Source: Eledone cirrhosa (lineage: Eukaryota). From it: a DNA stretch of 64,000 nt. The first letter of the stretch is position 1, and every line of letters starts with the position of its first letter. A program made the translations under genes and the position numbers. This document shows, piece by piece, positions 1-11,965 of this stretch. The notes beneath the pieces were generated by a model, which saw nothing but the letters and a program-made list of their open reading frames with translations, did no database searches and was not told where the DNA came from. The DNA is taken from positions 78,182,001 through 78,246,000 of the forward strand of contig OZ024743.1 in assembly GCA_964016885.1 (NCBI GenBank). Reading direction: 5' to 3'.

Positions 1-129
1 ACTGGTTGGTTGTTTGTTCTATGTGTGTGTTTTCATTTTGCATTATTTATACTGGCCTTTTACATTTGAAGTTCAAATCCCACCGATGTAAATTTTACCT
101 TTCATCCTTCCAGGATCGATAAAATATAC

Positions 130-161
<32 letters not shown>

Positions 162-688
162 TTCTGTGTTTAATATCAGCTTTGACCCGGGTGTCCTACG
201 CTGTGTGTGTGTGTGCGTGTGTGTCTGTGTATACATTTATATGTGTATGGGTGTACGTGGTTGTATATGTCTGTATATAAAAAAATATATATATACGTAT
301 ACCGTCTCTGCATATGCATGTGGTGTGTATATGTGCATATACGTGCTGAACATATTGGTGTGTATAATCTTGTGATGTCCCAATGCGGTGACTTCATGGC
401 TCTTGAAGCTATTTTTTATATATCTTTTGTCTTTTTATATATCTTTTGTATGCGCTCCAACTGTGTCTGCTTGCTTTGGCTAACCCGCCTGCACCTTGCT
501 TTCGGCCTCTCGCTACTGCACGTGAATTCTCCTACCTTCCTTCGATGTACCTCTGTTTGACCATTGGACTCCTGCCCGGGTGTGAACCGGTTTGTGATTA
601 CCCCACCGCTCAACTGTGTGAATGCACACCCGTGACTTTCGAGTGAACTTTTGAGACTGCCCAACCTGGGACGCCTCCATTGCCTTGC

Positions 689-848
689 AATGGTCAAGTG
701 ATACTGGTGACTGTGACACTTAGTGCCTTCGTGGGCCCCTGATATTTTCAAGAAATATATTCTAAAAAAATGGTCAAGTGATACGGATAACTGTGACACT
801 TAGTGCCTTCGTGGGCCCCTGATATATTCAAGAGATATATTCTAAAAA
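689..848 (+). repeat. 80-bp tandem duplication (2 copies)
   Basis: aatggtcaagtgatac...cttagtgccttcgtgggcccctgata...tattctaaaaaaa repeated head to tail with few mismatches. Confidence 0.9.
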
Positions 849-1612
849 AAAATATATATCTTATCTCAATTTACTTTATTTTATTTTATTTTATTTCATT
901 TCATTTTATTTAATTTTATTTATTTATTTATTTAATCTCATTCATTCATTTATTTATTTATTTATTTACTTATTTATTTATTTATTTATTTATTTAATTT
1001 TAATTTTAATTTTAATTTTATTTATTTATTTAATTTTAATTATATTTATTTATTTATTTATTTATTTAATTACATTTAATTATATCTTTAATTATATCTT
1101 ATATTATATTATTTTACCTTAGTCTATTTTATTTTATTTTAGTTTACCTTATTTTATCTTATTTTATGATTATATTATATTATGTTCTATTTTATATAAT
1201 TTTAATTTTAATTTTATATTATTTTATTTCATTCCTTACCCTGTATCACTATTATCTGTATATTTTATATTTTATATGTATGTTTGTTATATTTTTTTAT
1301 ATTTTCTTATATATATTATAAGTCTGTTTTTCACCTATTTTTTACCTACTCTTACCTAATCCTATCTATCTTATCTACTCTTGTCTGTTCTCTTATCCAT
1401 GTGTATGCTTGTATGTAACTATATGTTGACAGCACCCCGCCCAACTGTGACTGATAGCACCCCTTATTTTTCATTGTTTATTTTATTATTTTTATTTTTA
1501 TTTTTATTTTTATTTTTACTTTTACTTCCTTAATATCCTTTATCTTCTATTATTTTTCATTCTTCAATGTCTTGGATTTGTTATTGCTTGTGTGGTATGT
1601 AATTAACCTTTA

Positions 1613-1658
1613 TGCTCTGATGAGTCCCACTTATAGTGCGGATGAAACAATGTTAGCA
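1613..1658 (+). ncRNA. Minimal type I hammerhead ribozyme motif
   Basis: Stem I tgct/agca, core CTGATGA (1617-1623), stem II gtcc-cact/agtg-c-ggat, GAAA, short near-palindromic stem III aacaatgtt. Confidence 0.7.
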
Positions 1659-1842
1659 AGTAAAGATATGCATATGCTATAGGCGTTCTTTGTTATTTAT
1701 TATATCACGGCTCTGTCCTCAGACATCGAGCTAACCTTATACTGCCTGCTGGATAAGTGGAGTGTTATACACCCCTGATCCTCTCCCTAGTATACATATT
1801 TATATACATTTAAGTGTGTGTATACACATATATGTAGATAAA

Positions 1843-1914
<72 letters not shown>

Positions 1915-2392
1915 TATGTCTGTGTGTGTGTGTATATATATATATGTGTGTGTGTGTATGTAAGGATGGATATATAAACAGATCTGTATATATACTTAAA
2001 TATATGACCATAGATCTTATGCTGATATGTATACACATTTCTACAGAATTAACCAATGTCCAAAATATTCAGAATTATTGTTTACCAATATTTTCGAAAC
2101 CACCATTTTCATCTTCATCATTGTCAGGACTTATTCTTATTATAATTTGAATTTTTATTATTATATTTATTATTATTATGATTATTATTGTTGTTATTAT
2201 ATTTTGACAGAATTGGTAGAGCGTCTGATAAAATGCCATTGTGGTATTTGTACTGGCCCTTTACATATGGAGTTCAAATCCCACCGATGTAAATTTTGCC
2301 TTTCATCCTTCCAGGATTGATAAAATATAATACCAGTTAAATACTGTGGTCAACATTATTGACTTTCCACTTCTCCCAAATTACTGGCCTTA

Positions 2393-2750
2393 GCGGGAAG
2401 TGTTGCCTTTCAGCCAGTTTGTTGAAAGGTGGGTGAGAGAGGCAAGAATGACCCGTGTGAATGGACCTGCCCTGAGCGTATGCCTGTAGTATCGTAGGAG
2501 GAAAACTGGAAGAGGGCGCTTGCCCTAGCGGTCAGGGTAACGGTGGCTTTTTTGTGGGCTTTCTCCACGAGTGACCCTCGGAAGTCTCCCCCTCCCCTAA
2601 TGGGGAATTTTTCCTTGTTTCATTTTTATACATATTTTGTTTTTGATTTTTTTTTACATGCAGAAATGCCCATTTGTACCGTCTTGTATTGTCCTGTGCT
2701 GTCCTTAATGTTATACTTTATGTCAACCCTTGTGGTTAATAAAGAAAGCA
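2393..2750 (+). mobile_element. 3' fragment of a Tx1/L1-type LINE
   Basis: Translates REVLPFSQFVERWVREARMTRVNGPALSVCL*, similar to the C-terminus of the ORF2 at 3360 (REVLYPSKFYERWVKVGRMARVNGSSLYISL). Ends gtggttaataaagaaagc followed by (att)n. Confidence 0.8.
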
Positions 2751-3359
2751 TTATTATTATTATTATTACTATTATTATTATTATTTTCATAAAGATTATT
2801 AACAAATCAGTAAAAATCGGTAAAGGAGCAAACTAAATACCTTGTGGCATGGATTTACACACATGTGTGTGTATTTGTGTGAAGGTTGGTTTCAGGTTTT
2901 TGGTATCAAAAAGGTTTAACCTGTTAGCATTTAAACAGGCTGTATCTGGTCAGAATTTTCACATCTCTTTCTGTTCAAACCAGCTGTAACAGGCCACTCA
3001 TACACATTTTAAGGTATTGTTCTCAAAATAAATAATATCAAAATCTCATAGATTTGATATAATGTGAGATAATTATGTGAGGTAAAGCTTTTACCGTGAA
3101 AATATAATGGTAAATATAGAGTGATTTCTTTATTTGCCACTAGGGCACAAAAGGTAGGGACAGATACAAGGGGGGAAGTTTACATATAATTAACGAGTAC
3201 AAAAATATAACAATGAAATAACAACAACAAACGAAGTCCTCAATAGGGAGGGGGCATTAACATGGGTCGCACACACCCCGGAAAAAATGTGCAACCCTTC
3301 TCCTCAGGAGCACAAAGAGTAGGTGCTTCCCTCGTCTCCTCTTTTTCCTTTTCTTTCAC

Positions 3360-6300
3360 CTACAGGCTGATATAGAGAGAAGACCCATTCACTCTGGCCA
3401 TTCTCCCTACTTTCACCCACCTTTCATAAAACTTGCTGGGGTAGAGCACCTCTCTCTCCATTCTGATCCTTCTTTTAAAATGGTATTTGAAAAAGGGGAC
3501 CAGTTGTTGGCCGGAGAGAAAGGTGTCTGACCTCAGCCCTTTCAGCCTCGTCCACCATACAACTTCTTTAGCCATGGCTATCACACAGAGAAAAACCGCC
3601 TCTCCTTCGTTTTTGAAAGGGGGAGGCGGTTTGATCGTGACAATGGACTCGGTGGTCAACCGGATTGGTCCCACCCTCGTCAGTAGTCGTTCCACATAGC
3701 CCCACAGGTCAGCAATGCCTGGGCAGTGTACGAATGCGTGCGCAACGGTTTCGTCGTCATGCACGCATCTCGGACAGATCTTATTCAAAGGATCCCTACC
3801 CAGGCTCCCATGCCTGTGGAGCTTGTCTCGAACGGGTAGAGCCCCTCGGTAGCACTGCCAAGCCAGGGACTTTTGGAAGTTGTCCATCGGTCCAGGGCCA
3901 AACGTCCTACCGAACAGACTGGCCAGTTCATCTTCCTCCATGCCTAGAGCTTCTCCGAGAGCATCGTCGCACCTGCTGCGTACCAACCCTCTATAGAATG
4001 TCGAGGTGGAGTCTCCACTGATTGCCGGGTCCGCTTTCCAGAGGGCCGTGAGCGCCTGGGCACATTCAATGTGCCAGTCGCCCACTTTTCTCGGTCTTTG
4101 CTTGACCCAGGATTGCAGCTCGGTGAGCGAGACGAGTCTGGGAAAGGCTCGCCTCACAAACGGAGCCCACACCGGTTGACCGGTGAGGAATACCTGGAGG
4201 TGCCGTAGCCTTAATGCGTGTTTACGCATCTGTAGCCACGGCATCCCCAGCCCTCCTTTCGAAGGGTGTTGACAGCAGATGAATCTCCTCACCAAAGGGG
4301 TCCGCTTGTTCCAAAGAAATTGGAACAGCGCGCACTCCATTTTGGCGAGTCTTTTCACTGGGCAAGGCACGACGGTCAAGCGGTAGTAGATGACGGATGT
4401 TATATAAGTATTCGCCACCTCCGCTCGACCTTTCAGGGATAGTTTGCACTGGGCCCACTTCTGGGTGAGTGCAAACACCCTGGCCGTTACCTCGTTCCAG
4501 TTTTTCTCCACCTGGAGGTCTGGTCCGAACCAGACCCCAAGCAGCTTCACCGGGCCCTCCGTCCAGCGTCCGACGATGTCATTGGAGGGCATCGGTTTGC
4601 CTCTCCATGTTCCGAGTTGCAAACCAACGGACTTGTCCCGGTTCAGCTTGGCTCCTGTAAACCTTTCATATTCCTCCAGTAAGGTGCCGATCTCACCGAT
4701 TTGCGAGGTTTTCGACACCATTACTGGCACGTCATCGGCGTAGGCCGACGCCGCTTTCTGCAATCCCGGTTCCAAAGGGATGCCCTGCAACCGCTCCAAC
4801 TTCCGCAGTAGAGGCTCAAGAGCCAGCACATACGGAAGGGAGGAGAGAGGGCATCCCTGTCGGATGGATCGCATGATTTGGAACGGCTCCGAGAGGTGGC
4901 CGTTCACCTTGACCCTTGAGCAGACGTTGCTGCTGTGCATCGCAGCAATCCAACCCCTGAAAACGGGTCCGAAACCTGCTGCCGCGAGCACCGCATCCAG
5001 GTAACGATGGTCAACCCTATCGAAAGCTTTAGATTGATCCAAGTTGGTCAGGGCCCCACCAAAGCCGGGTTCATTCCCTACCCTCTCTATGATGTATCGC
5101 ATAAGGTGGAGATTGTCGTGAATGGACCTGGACGGGATTGCGCATGTCTGCGCTTCTCCCACCAGGTTTCCGACGACAAGCGCCAACCTCTTCGCTAACA
5201 CCTTGGCCAAAATCTTTAACTCTGTATTTAGCAGAGTTATGGGCCTGAAGTTACTTATGTCATCCCCCTTGTTCTCATCCTTCCTCACCAGCGTAACTAC
5301 GCCCTTGGTCACAGAACTGGGAATTCTCCCGTTCTGCTGCCAGTTGCAGTAGACCGCTTCGAGGATATCGGAGAACAAGTCCGGCATCGCTACATATAGC
5401 TCGTATGGTAGACCATCGAGACCCGGGGATTTGCGTTTGCCGCATTGGCTCAGCGCCGCCCCTATCTCAGCAGCTGAAATCGTCCTTTCGCAGGACTTCG
5501 CCTCCGCGTCCGAGAGGCGCGGCAGACCGTCGAGGTATGGATTGAAATCCATAGTCTCACCCGGCGCGCCGCCCCTCTCGAACAGTCGTGCAAAGTGCCG
5601 CTGAAAGGCCGCACACATCTTCCCAGGTTCAAGGATCACACGCCCATCCTGGTCCGTCAAAGACCGAATCGTGGACTTGTTCCCACTTTTTGCCTCTGTC
5701 ACTCGGGCCCAGCTCACAGCTTTGGCTCCCTCATTACCCAAAGCACGTATTTTACTCCTGACAACGCAGCCTTCATGCTTCACCTCAAAGAACTGGTCTA
5801 AGGCCATTCTTGATGCCAGCACGCCGGCTACATTGCCACTCCTAATCGCCTCTTCTACTCTATCTACTAATTCCCTTTCCGTCTTGTTTCTATCCCTTGC
5901 TAATTCCTGACTAAAACCTATCGATTCTATTCTAATTGCTCTCTTAAGAGAGCTCCACCACCTGTTGTTGACAATTGCCCCTGTCAAACTCTGCTTAACT
6001 AACGTGCTAATCCGTTTACTGTAAGCTTTGCTTGTCGGTAAGGACAAGTTCAGCTTCCAGTAACCGGGTCCCTGTCTATGGGTTCTATCAAGGTTGGCTA
6101 TGCAGGTCACTAACTTGTGATCCGAATAGTCAACCATGAACATTTTTGGACAGCTAAATGTGTCCCTATCCTTCTCTCTAACTAGGACCCTATCTAGGTA
6201 CGACCTAGATGTTCCGCTGAGATTGGTCCACGTCCATAGTGGTAGAGTCGGAAAATCTAGTCGATATCTATCGGCCAGGTCAAATCGGCCGATTAACCTT

Positions 6301-6796
6301 TTGAGGCTTTTACACCCCCCTCTATTGGCACATGCCCCTACATAGTCCCAACGTGCATCCAGGATACCATTCCAGTCCCCCACTAAAAGCAAGGAGCGGG
6401 GCGTTCCCAGAAAAGTTTCCAGACGTTGGAAGTATTCCGGCCACGCTGCCCAAAAAGGGGCGTACACAGCAATTAGTCTAAGGGCTCCACTTTCACTACT
6501 GCCGACGTCTAAAACCACCAGTCGACCCTCCGGGTCCAGGTGCACCTTCTGTATGGCGAGGCCCAGGTGTTTTCGCAGCAGAACGACAACTCCACCCCAC
6601 CCCCCGGTTGACAGAGAGATGCGAAGATCTCAAAGTCGTCGAAGAGGGGCGCCAGTTGGTGCTCGCTGCTGATCCTGGACTCGCAAATAGCCATTACATC
6701 CATTCTATGCGACCTGAGATCGTTTAAAAGTTTGCCTTGTTTCCAAGACAGACCCAGGCCGCGTACATTCAGACACCCAACTCTCATATCAGCCAT
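3360..6796 (-). pseudogene. Tx1-type ORF2 (APE endonuclease-reverse transcriptase), one frameshift near 6545-6605
   Basis: N-terminus CLNVRGL (6796 ORF), then VYAP, GDWN, YLDR, SDH, GYWKLN, KSPGLDGLP, FRPITLLN, KAFDRV, RQGCPLS, YADD, CPRC...HAFVHC. The frame change lies near a G/C homopolymer run. Confidence 0.9.
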
Positions 6797-6817
6797 GTTG
6801 GTTAAAAGAGGAAGGAC

Positions 6818-8379
6818 CTACCTGTTCGGCTCCTGAGGAGCAGGTTGCACAATATCCATGGGCGTATTGGAGGGGTTGTTTGGTGGGGTGTTGTTCTGTG
6901 GTGGAGTGGGGGTGTTTGGTGAGGTGTGGGTGGGGCAACGTTTCAAGAGGACGCGGTTATAGGGTCGAGTACATGTTTTCCCCACGTTCTCAGGAAAGTT
7001 CTCTCTTAGTTTTGCATAGGTGTCCATTGGGAGTCTTATCATTTTTAAATGCGGTTTGTTGGCCGCGCTTGCAAAGAATTGCCCTTCAGTTTCCACCGAA
7101 GGGTCTTTGTGTATTGTTTTTACTAGTTCTTTGTTATTTGGGTTAATGTATGTATACTGTTTTATTTGTGTTGTGTTTGTTTGTTGTTCTTGTGTGTGCT
7201 TACGTTTTGTTGTATGTGTTATGTTTTGGGGTGGGGAGGATTTTGTTTGTTCTGTTTGTTTTGTTTTTGTTGGTGGTTGTGTGTTTGTTTCGTTTATGTT
7301 CGAGTGGTGCTTTCTTTTTTTTTCTTTTTACAGGTTGGAAGGGTCCCCCCTCTTCGTCACTAGGTGCCGTTTCAGCTGGGTCCTCGTCCGTGCTGTCGGG
7401 TAGTGGTGTATTTTGGGGTTTTGTTGTGTTTGTGTGTGTTTTTGGAGTTGTTTTGGGTGGGGCTGTGTCTTGTGTTATTTTTCCGTGTTGTTTTTGTTGT
7501 TGTTGTGGTGATGGTGGTGGTGGTGGTGTGTGGGGTGTAGGCAAAAGAGCCTTTTTTTGTCAATTGAGGACAGGCAGCCCTTAGATGACCCCTGCTTGAA
7601 CAGTAGTAACATATGGGCCTCCTACCCTCGGCTGAAATGTATATAAATGTTTCTCCATCGAGGGACACCCTCTGTGGTATTCTAGCTATTCGTTCTGGTC
7701 TCATTTGGACCAGAACCTCCAAGCTCAAACCGCCGAAAACGTCTGTGGTGACTTCTCCTACTGAGAGGATTCCGTTCTCGTCTTCTAAAAATCCTGTTAG
7801 TACCCAGGAAATGCATGCATTTGGCCGGATTCCGGAGACTCTTATTTTCTGCGTTCTTTTCCCTAAATATGTGGGGGAAAATGTGTGTAGCTTGGAAACA
7901 ATTGGCGCCACAGAGTATTTCCTGGCCGTCAATTGATCCTTCATTAGCACCGTTATATTCCCATAGAGTGGCCCTTTTTGTATGAACGATATATTACTCC
8001 ACACATTTTTTAGGACCAGCTCAATTTCTTTTTGGGATAATTGAGCTGGTTTCCTTGTTATGTTGGAAATTGTTCTGAAAGATATCGTTCTTAGTGTCGT
8101 GTCTCTTTTGATTTCTTGTGGGGAGGTGATTGTGAAGTCTCCTCCTTCTTTGAAAGTTACATACTGTTTTGCTTCCTTCATCTTTTCTCTCAGAGTTGTA
8201 ATGTCTAGTTGCTTGCAGGTCTGTGTTTTCCGGACCGCCTGTGCAAAGGAGGCACCAGTAGTGGGTTCGCTTTGTTTGGTGTTATCGTTATTTTTTCCTT
8301 GGTTGGTGTTGTGACTATTGCTGTTATTGTCATTGTTGTTTTTGTCTGCGTTTATGTGACTTTCTGGGTTTTCACCCAT
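6818..8379 (-). pseudogene. Tx1-type ORF1 (gag-like, CCHC zinc knuckle), disrupted
   Basis: CYYCSSRGHLRAAC knuckle. Frameshift at the poly-A run ~7555 into a Pro/Gln/Lys-rich frame, stop at 7200, continuation 7096..6818. First true ATG at 8379. Confidence 0.75.
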
Positions 8380-10044
8380 TTTTACAAATTTTTCTTTTAA
8401 TTCCGTGTTCCATGTTTCTTTTGCAGAAGTGAGGAGGGAACACTTAGAGCCTTGTGCTTCTAGCTTCTCTGTATCACCTTTCTTAGGGGGCGTGGCTTTC
8501 TCGTTAGGATGAGATGTGAAAATTCCGTCTATTTCTATTAGTTTGCCGTAATAGATTTTTAACTGGAAAATTCGCCCCAAAAAGGGGCGAAAAAAAAAAA
8601 CTCAGAGTTTGACGACCAAGGCAAGGGTTTAACGTATATTACAGTATAAAAAAATTAATCAAAACTCACTTTTGAGTAAGTAAATCCAACTCGGTAGCCG
8701 AGCTTGTTCACACACGTCAACACACATCTCTCGTATACGAGATGTTATGTGAGATATTATGTGAGGTAAAGCTTTTACCGTGAAAATATAATGGTAAATA
8801 TAGAGTAATGTAAATGGGTTAATGTGAAAAATATAAACAATGGAAGATTTGCAAAGACGTTAAGTTGAAGCATAAGTGGAATTGGTAAAGTGTAAGGCAA
8901 TGATGAAAGTCATGTAAGACTATTAGTATGGAAGAAGTGAAGGAAATGTGGTAAAAGTGATGTAAGTTTATTTCTTTATGGAATTCTGCTTATTATCATT
9001 ATCATTTATTTTTAACAATTAAAGAAAAATTATTGAAATAAAACATCTGTAGAAATGTTGCCCTTTGAAAAGCAGTGCCCTAGCATGGTCATAGCTATGA
9101 TGGCTTAAATGAAACAAGAAAGAAAGAAACTTAATACTTATTGAAAAATATATTTTTTTTTTTATTCTTCTTTTAATTTTTTTTATTCTGGCGTTAAATT
9201 TTGGATATTCTTTGAAAAACAATGATTAAAACATGGTGAAGACATTTCCAAACCTTTTTTTTTTTTTTGCAATTCTGAACAAGAAGAAGAAAAGTAATTT
9301 GCATGGAATGTGATTTTATTGAAACAGACGAAAACTGTCCTTTTTACCTTCAAAATAAACAAAAAAATTTTTTTTAAATAAAATGCTTTTTCATCCTTTT
9401 TTTTCTAAATGAATGAAAATATTAATCTTACAATGTTTTTCAGTTTTACTTTAAATTCTCTCTTGTCTAAAATTTACTTTAAGATTTAGATTTTCAGTAA
9501 ATAGATGGCAAATCAGAGGATTTTAGTCACCACTGCATCTAATAATCAATATCATAGCCTTTTTGTTCAAGTATAACACTGTGTGTATGTATAAATCCTT
9601 AACCTCTAATAGAATCTTGGGCATTTTGAACCTGGTGGAGCGCCTCCCTCTCCAGGTACTGAGTGCAGCCAATTTCTACCAGAGAAGAAGAAGAGAGAAA
9701 GAGAGATAAAAGGGATGAAGATGAGAATGACATGTAGAGGAAGAATCGACTCCAGTACTGGATTGGTATTTTTTCTTTTAATCAATCTTGAAAGGATGAG
9801 TGGAGGAATTTACCTCAGTGTATATAGAAGCTCACTTCACAATGCTGATGTAATATTAGTATTTTGTACATTTTTTTTACTAAGCACTGGGCCACTTCTT
9901 TTGTAGGAGAAAAAACAATTAACTGATAATAACTAAATAAGTCTATCAACTTTAGAAAACTGAACAGGGGCAACTCCAACAAGATTTGATCTTGAAACAT
10001 ACAGAGTTAATTAATCATTATAAGACAGATGCTCAACCATTATT

Positions 10045-10310
10045 ACTACGCCGAGGTTGACTTTGCCTTTCATCCTTACGGGGTCGATAAAATAAAGTAC
10101 CAATAATACACTGGGTAATTGCTGGCCTTGTGCCAAAAGTAGAAACAATTATTACTCTGCTTTGACGCATAGAGTTACGGCCCTTGCTATTCTGAGTTCA
10201 AATCCCGCTGAGGTTAACTTTGCCTTTCATCCTTACGGGGTTGATAAAATAAAGTACCAGTAATGCACTGGGTAATTGCTGGCCTTGTGCCAAAAGTAGA
10301 AACAATTATT
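10045..10310 (+). mobile_element. Tandem pair of tRNA-derived SINE fragments
   Basis: Two copies of gttgactttgcctttcatccttacggggtcgataaaataaagtacca...ggccttgtgccaaaagtagaaacaattatt. The same family occurs at ~60-125, 2210-2390, 20985-21180, 44900-44995, 47425-47620 and 48270-48410. Confidence 0.8.
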
Positions 10311-10953
10311 ACTATGTCAGTGTTTTTTTAATTATAAAATATGTTGGATCTCCACCAACTTTGATGATGGATGCTCCAGGTGCTATAGCTAGACACTTCT
10401 ACTGCAGTTGCTTCATAAGGAAGATGGTCTCCTAATCAATATATATACTCACACATACATACACACACACATATATATATATGAAGGACGTCTGCTCCAT
10501 ACAAAGCTTGACCACTTCTTGCACTTTATGTCTGTTCCCTTCTGACATGAGATCTCAAATAGCTTTTGAGTCCTGAAAGCCTGTGAAAGACCCATCCACA
10601 AACCATACAATGATGTCTCATTTCATTCATGTTTCCACTTTGGGTGTGCTTATTGTGTATGTTCAAATGTCGCTTCAATATATATATATATATATATATG
10701 TAGATAAATCTACCAAGAGTTTACGGTAGTGTCCAATCCGTATGAAGAACTCAATGTAATCCGGATATCATGGAAAGAAGAGATGCAATGAAAAATCACT
10801 TTCGGTGAAAGATAAACGGAATACAGAGTCAAGATAAAATATTAAAAAAATAATGAATAAAACACATATATATCCTAGAAACGATCGTTAAATAATGAAC
10901 TTTTTTTGTTTAATATAAGGAACTGTTTCATTGTTTTATTCATTATTTTTTTA

Positions 10954-10990
<37 letters not shown>

Positions 10991-11171
10991 TGATTAGGGA
11001 TTGAATTAATTTATATGAGATGCAGTTATATATATATATATATTCTATTATAAGTTGAGCCAACTTATGCAGCTTCATATGTAAATGAGATTAATCACCT
11101 CATTTACACAGACGAGAAAACTATATATTCTTGACTGCTTTCAAGTCCAACATTCGCAAACGGTGGGAGGG

Positions 11172-11215
11172 ACCATCCTGAAGAAGGCCAGTCAAGCCTG
11201 AAATGCATAGATGGT
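11172..11215 (+). ncRNA. Minimal type I hammerhead ribozyme motif
   Basis: Stem I accatc/gatggt (6 bp), core CTGAAGA, stem II aggc/gcct, GAAA, palindromic stem III atgcat, cleavage triplet ATA. Confidence 0.88.
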
Positions 11216-11301
11216 TGTCCCCCTTCCTTCTGCTGGACACCACCAGAGGGTGTTAGCCCCGGTGTTTCTTTAGAAATACAAAATTTCTATACATATATAT
11301 A

Positions 11302-11582
11302 TCATCATTTTACGTCCGCTTTTCCCTGCTTGGAAGGGTTGGATGGGTCCTATTCAGCACAGCATCTCTTCACTTGTCATCTCCTCGGTGAATTTCAGCG
11401 ATCTGAGGTCTGCTCTCACCACCTCCGCCCATGTTTTTTGTGGTCTACCTCTACTGCGTCTTCCTTCTACGGGGATTTCTTGGCACTTCTTTACCCAGGG
11501 CTCATCCTCCATGCGCATCACGTGTCCATACCCTCTCAGCCTTCTCTCCTGCACACCAACAGGGGAACAAGCATTCACTTCA
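11302..11582 (-). mobile_element. RTE-type LINE 3' fragment
   Basis: VQERRLRGYGHVMRM...VEGRRSRGRPQKTW, with tail ggaaaagcggacgtaaaatgatgat. Confidence 0.85.
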
Positions 11583-11965
11583 TGAACATCGTGTTTGTCC
11601 GTTCCCTTGTCACTTCAATTTTGGATTACCTCCTCCTGATTGTAACTTTATTATGTAAGAAGCTGTCTGATAAGATCAATGGCACTGGGTACTACGCAGA
11701 ATCACGTGGCCACTGTCGTCATCAAAATATGCATTACTCCCTTATCAATAAAGGACTTTGACATCTAAACTACTTTGTATTTCCTTATTCTCTCTCTCTA
11801 TATATATATATAAATAAAAGTTATCAAGGAAAAAGCACAGGAGAAAAATACTTTACAATGATGATGGATATTAGTTTAATGCTTGGTATAGGAAAAGAGG
11901 CAATGTTTTGGACATTAGTCTTTCATTGGAGGATAAAATGAAAGAGGGAAAAAGAAATATGATAG

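Larger units (their letters stand above)
3123..8741 (-). mobile_element. Near full-length Tx1/L1-clade LINE (~5.6 kb)
   Basis: ORF1 with CCHC knuckle, ORF2 with APE endonuclease + RT + C-terminal Cys/His domain, 3' end gtggcaaataaagaaatc. Inserted into a TTAA-type MITE. Confidence 0.92.

Noticed and set aside
166-2150. Many short ORFs rich in YI/CV/TH dipeptides (also 49138-49452, 57002-57667, 61768-62265)
   Set aside because: Translations of TA/TG microsatellites, not genes.
3487-8400. Plus-strand ORFs overlapping the Tx1 element
   Set aside because: Antisense shadows of the GC-richer LINE coding sequence; no motifs.
10835-10965. Small inverted repeat with gaaacgatcgtta (stem III-like palindrome)
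   Set aside because: No CTGAnGA core or stem II nearby; at most a decayed pLTR remnant.
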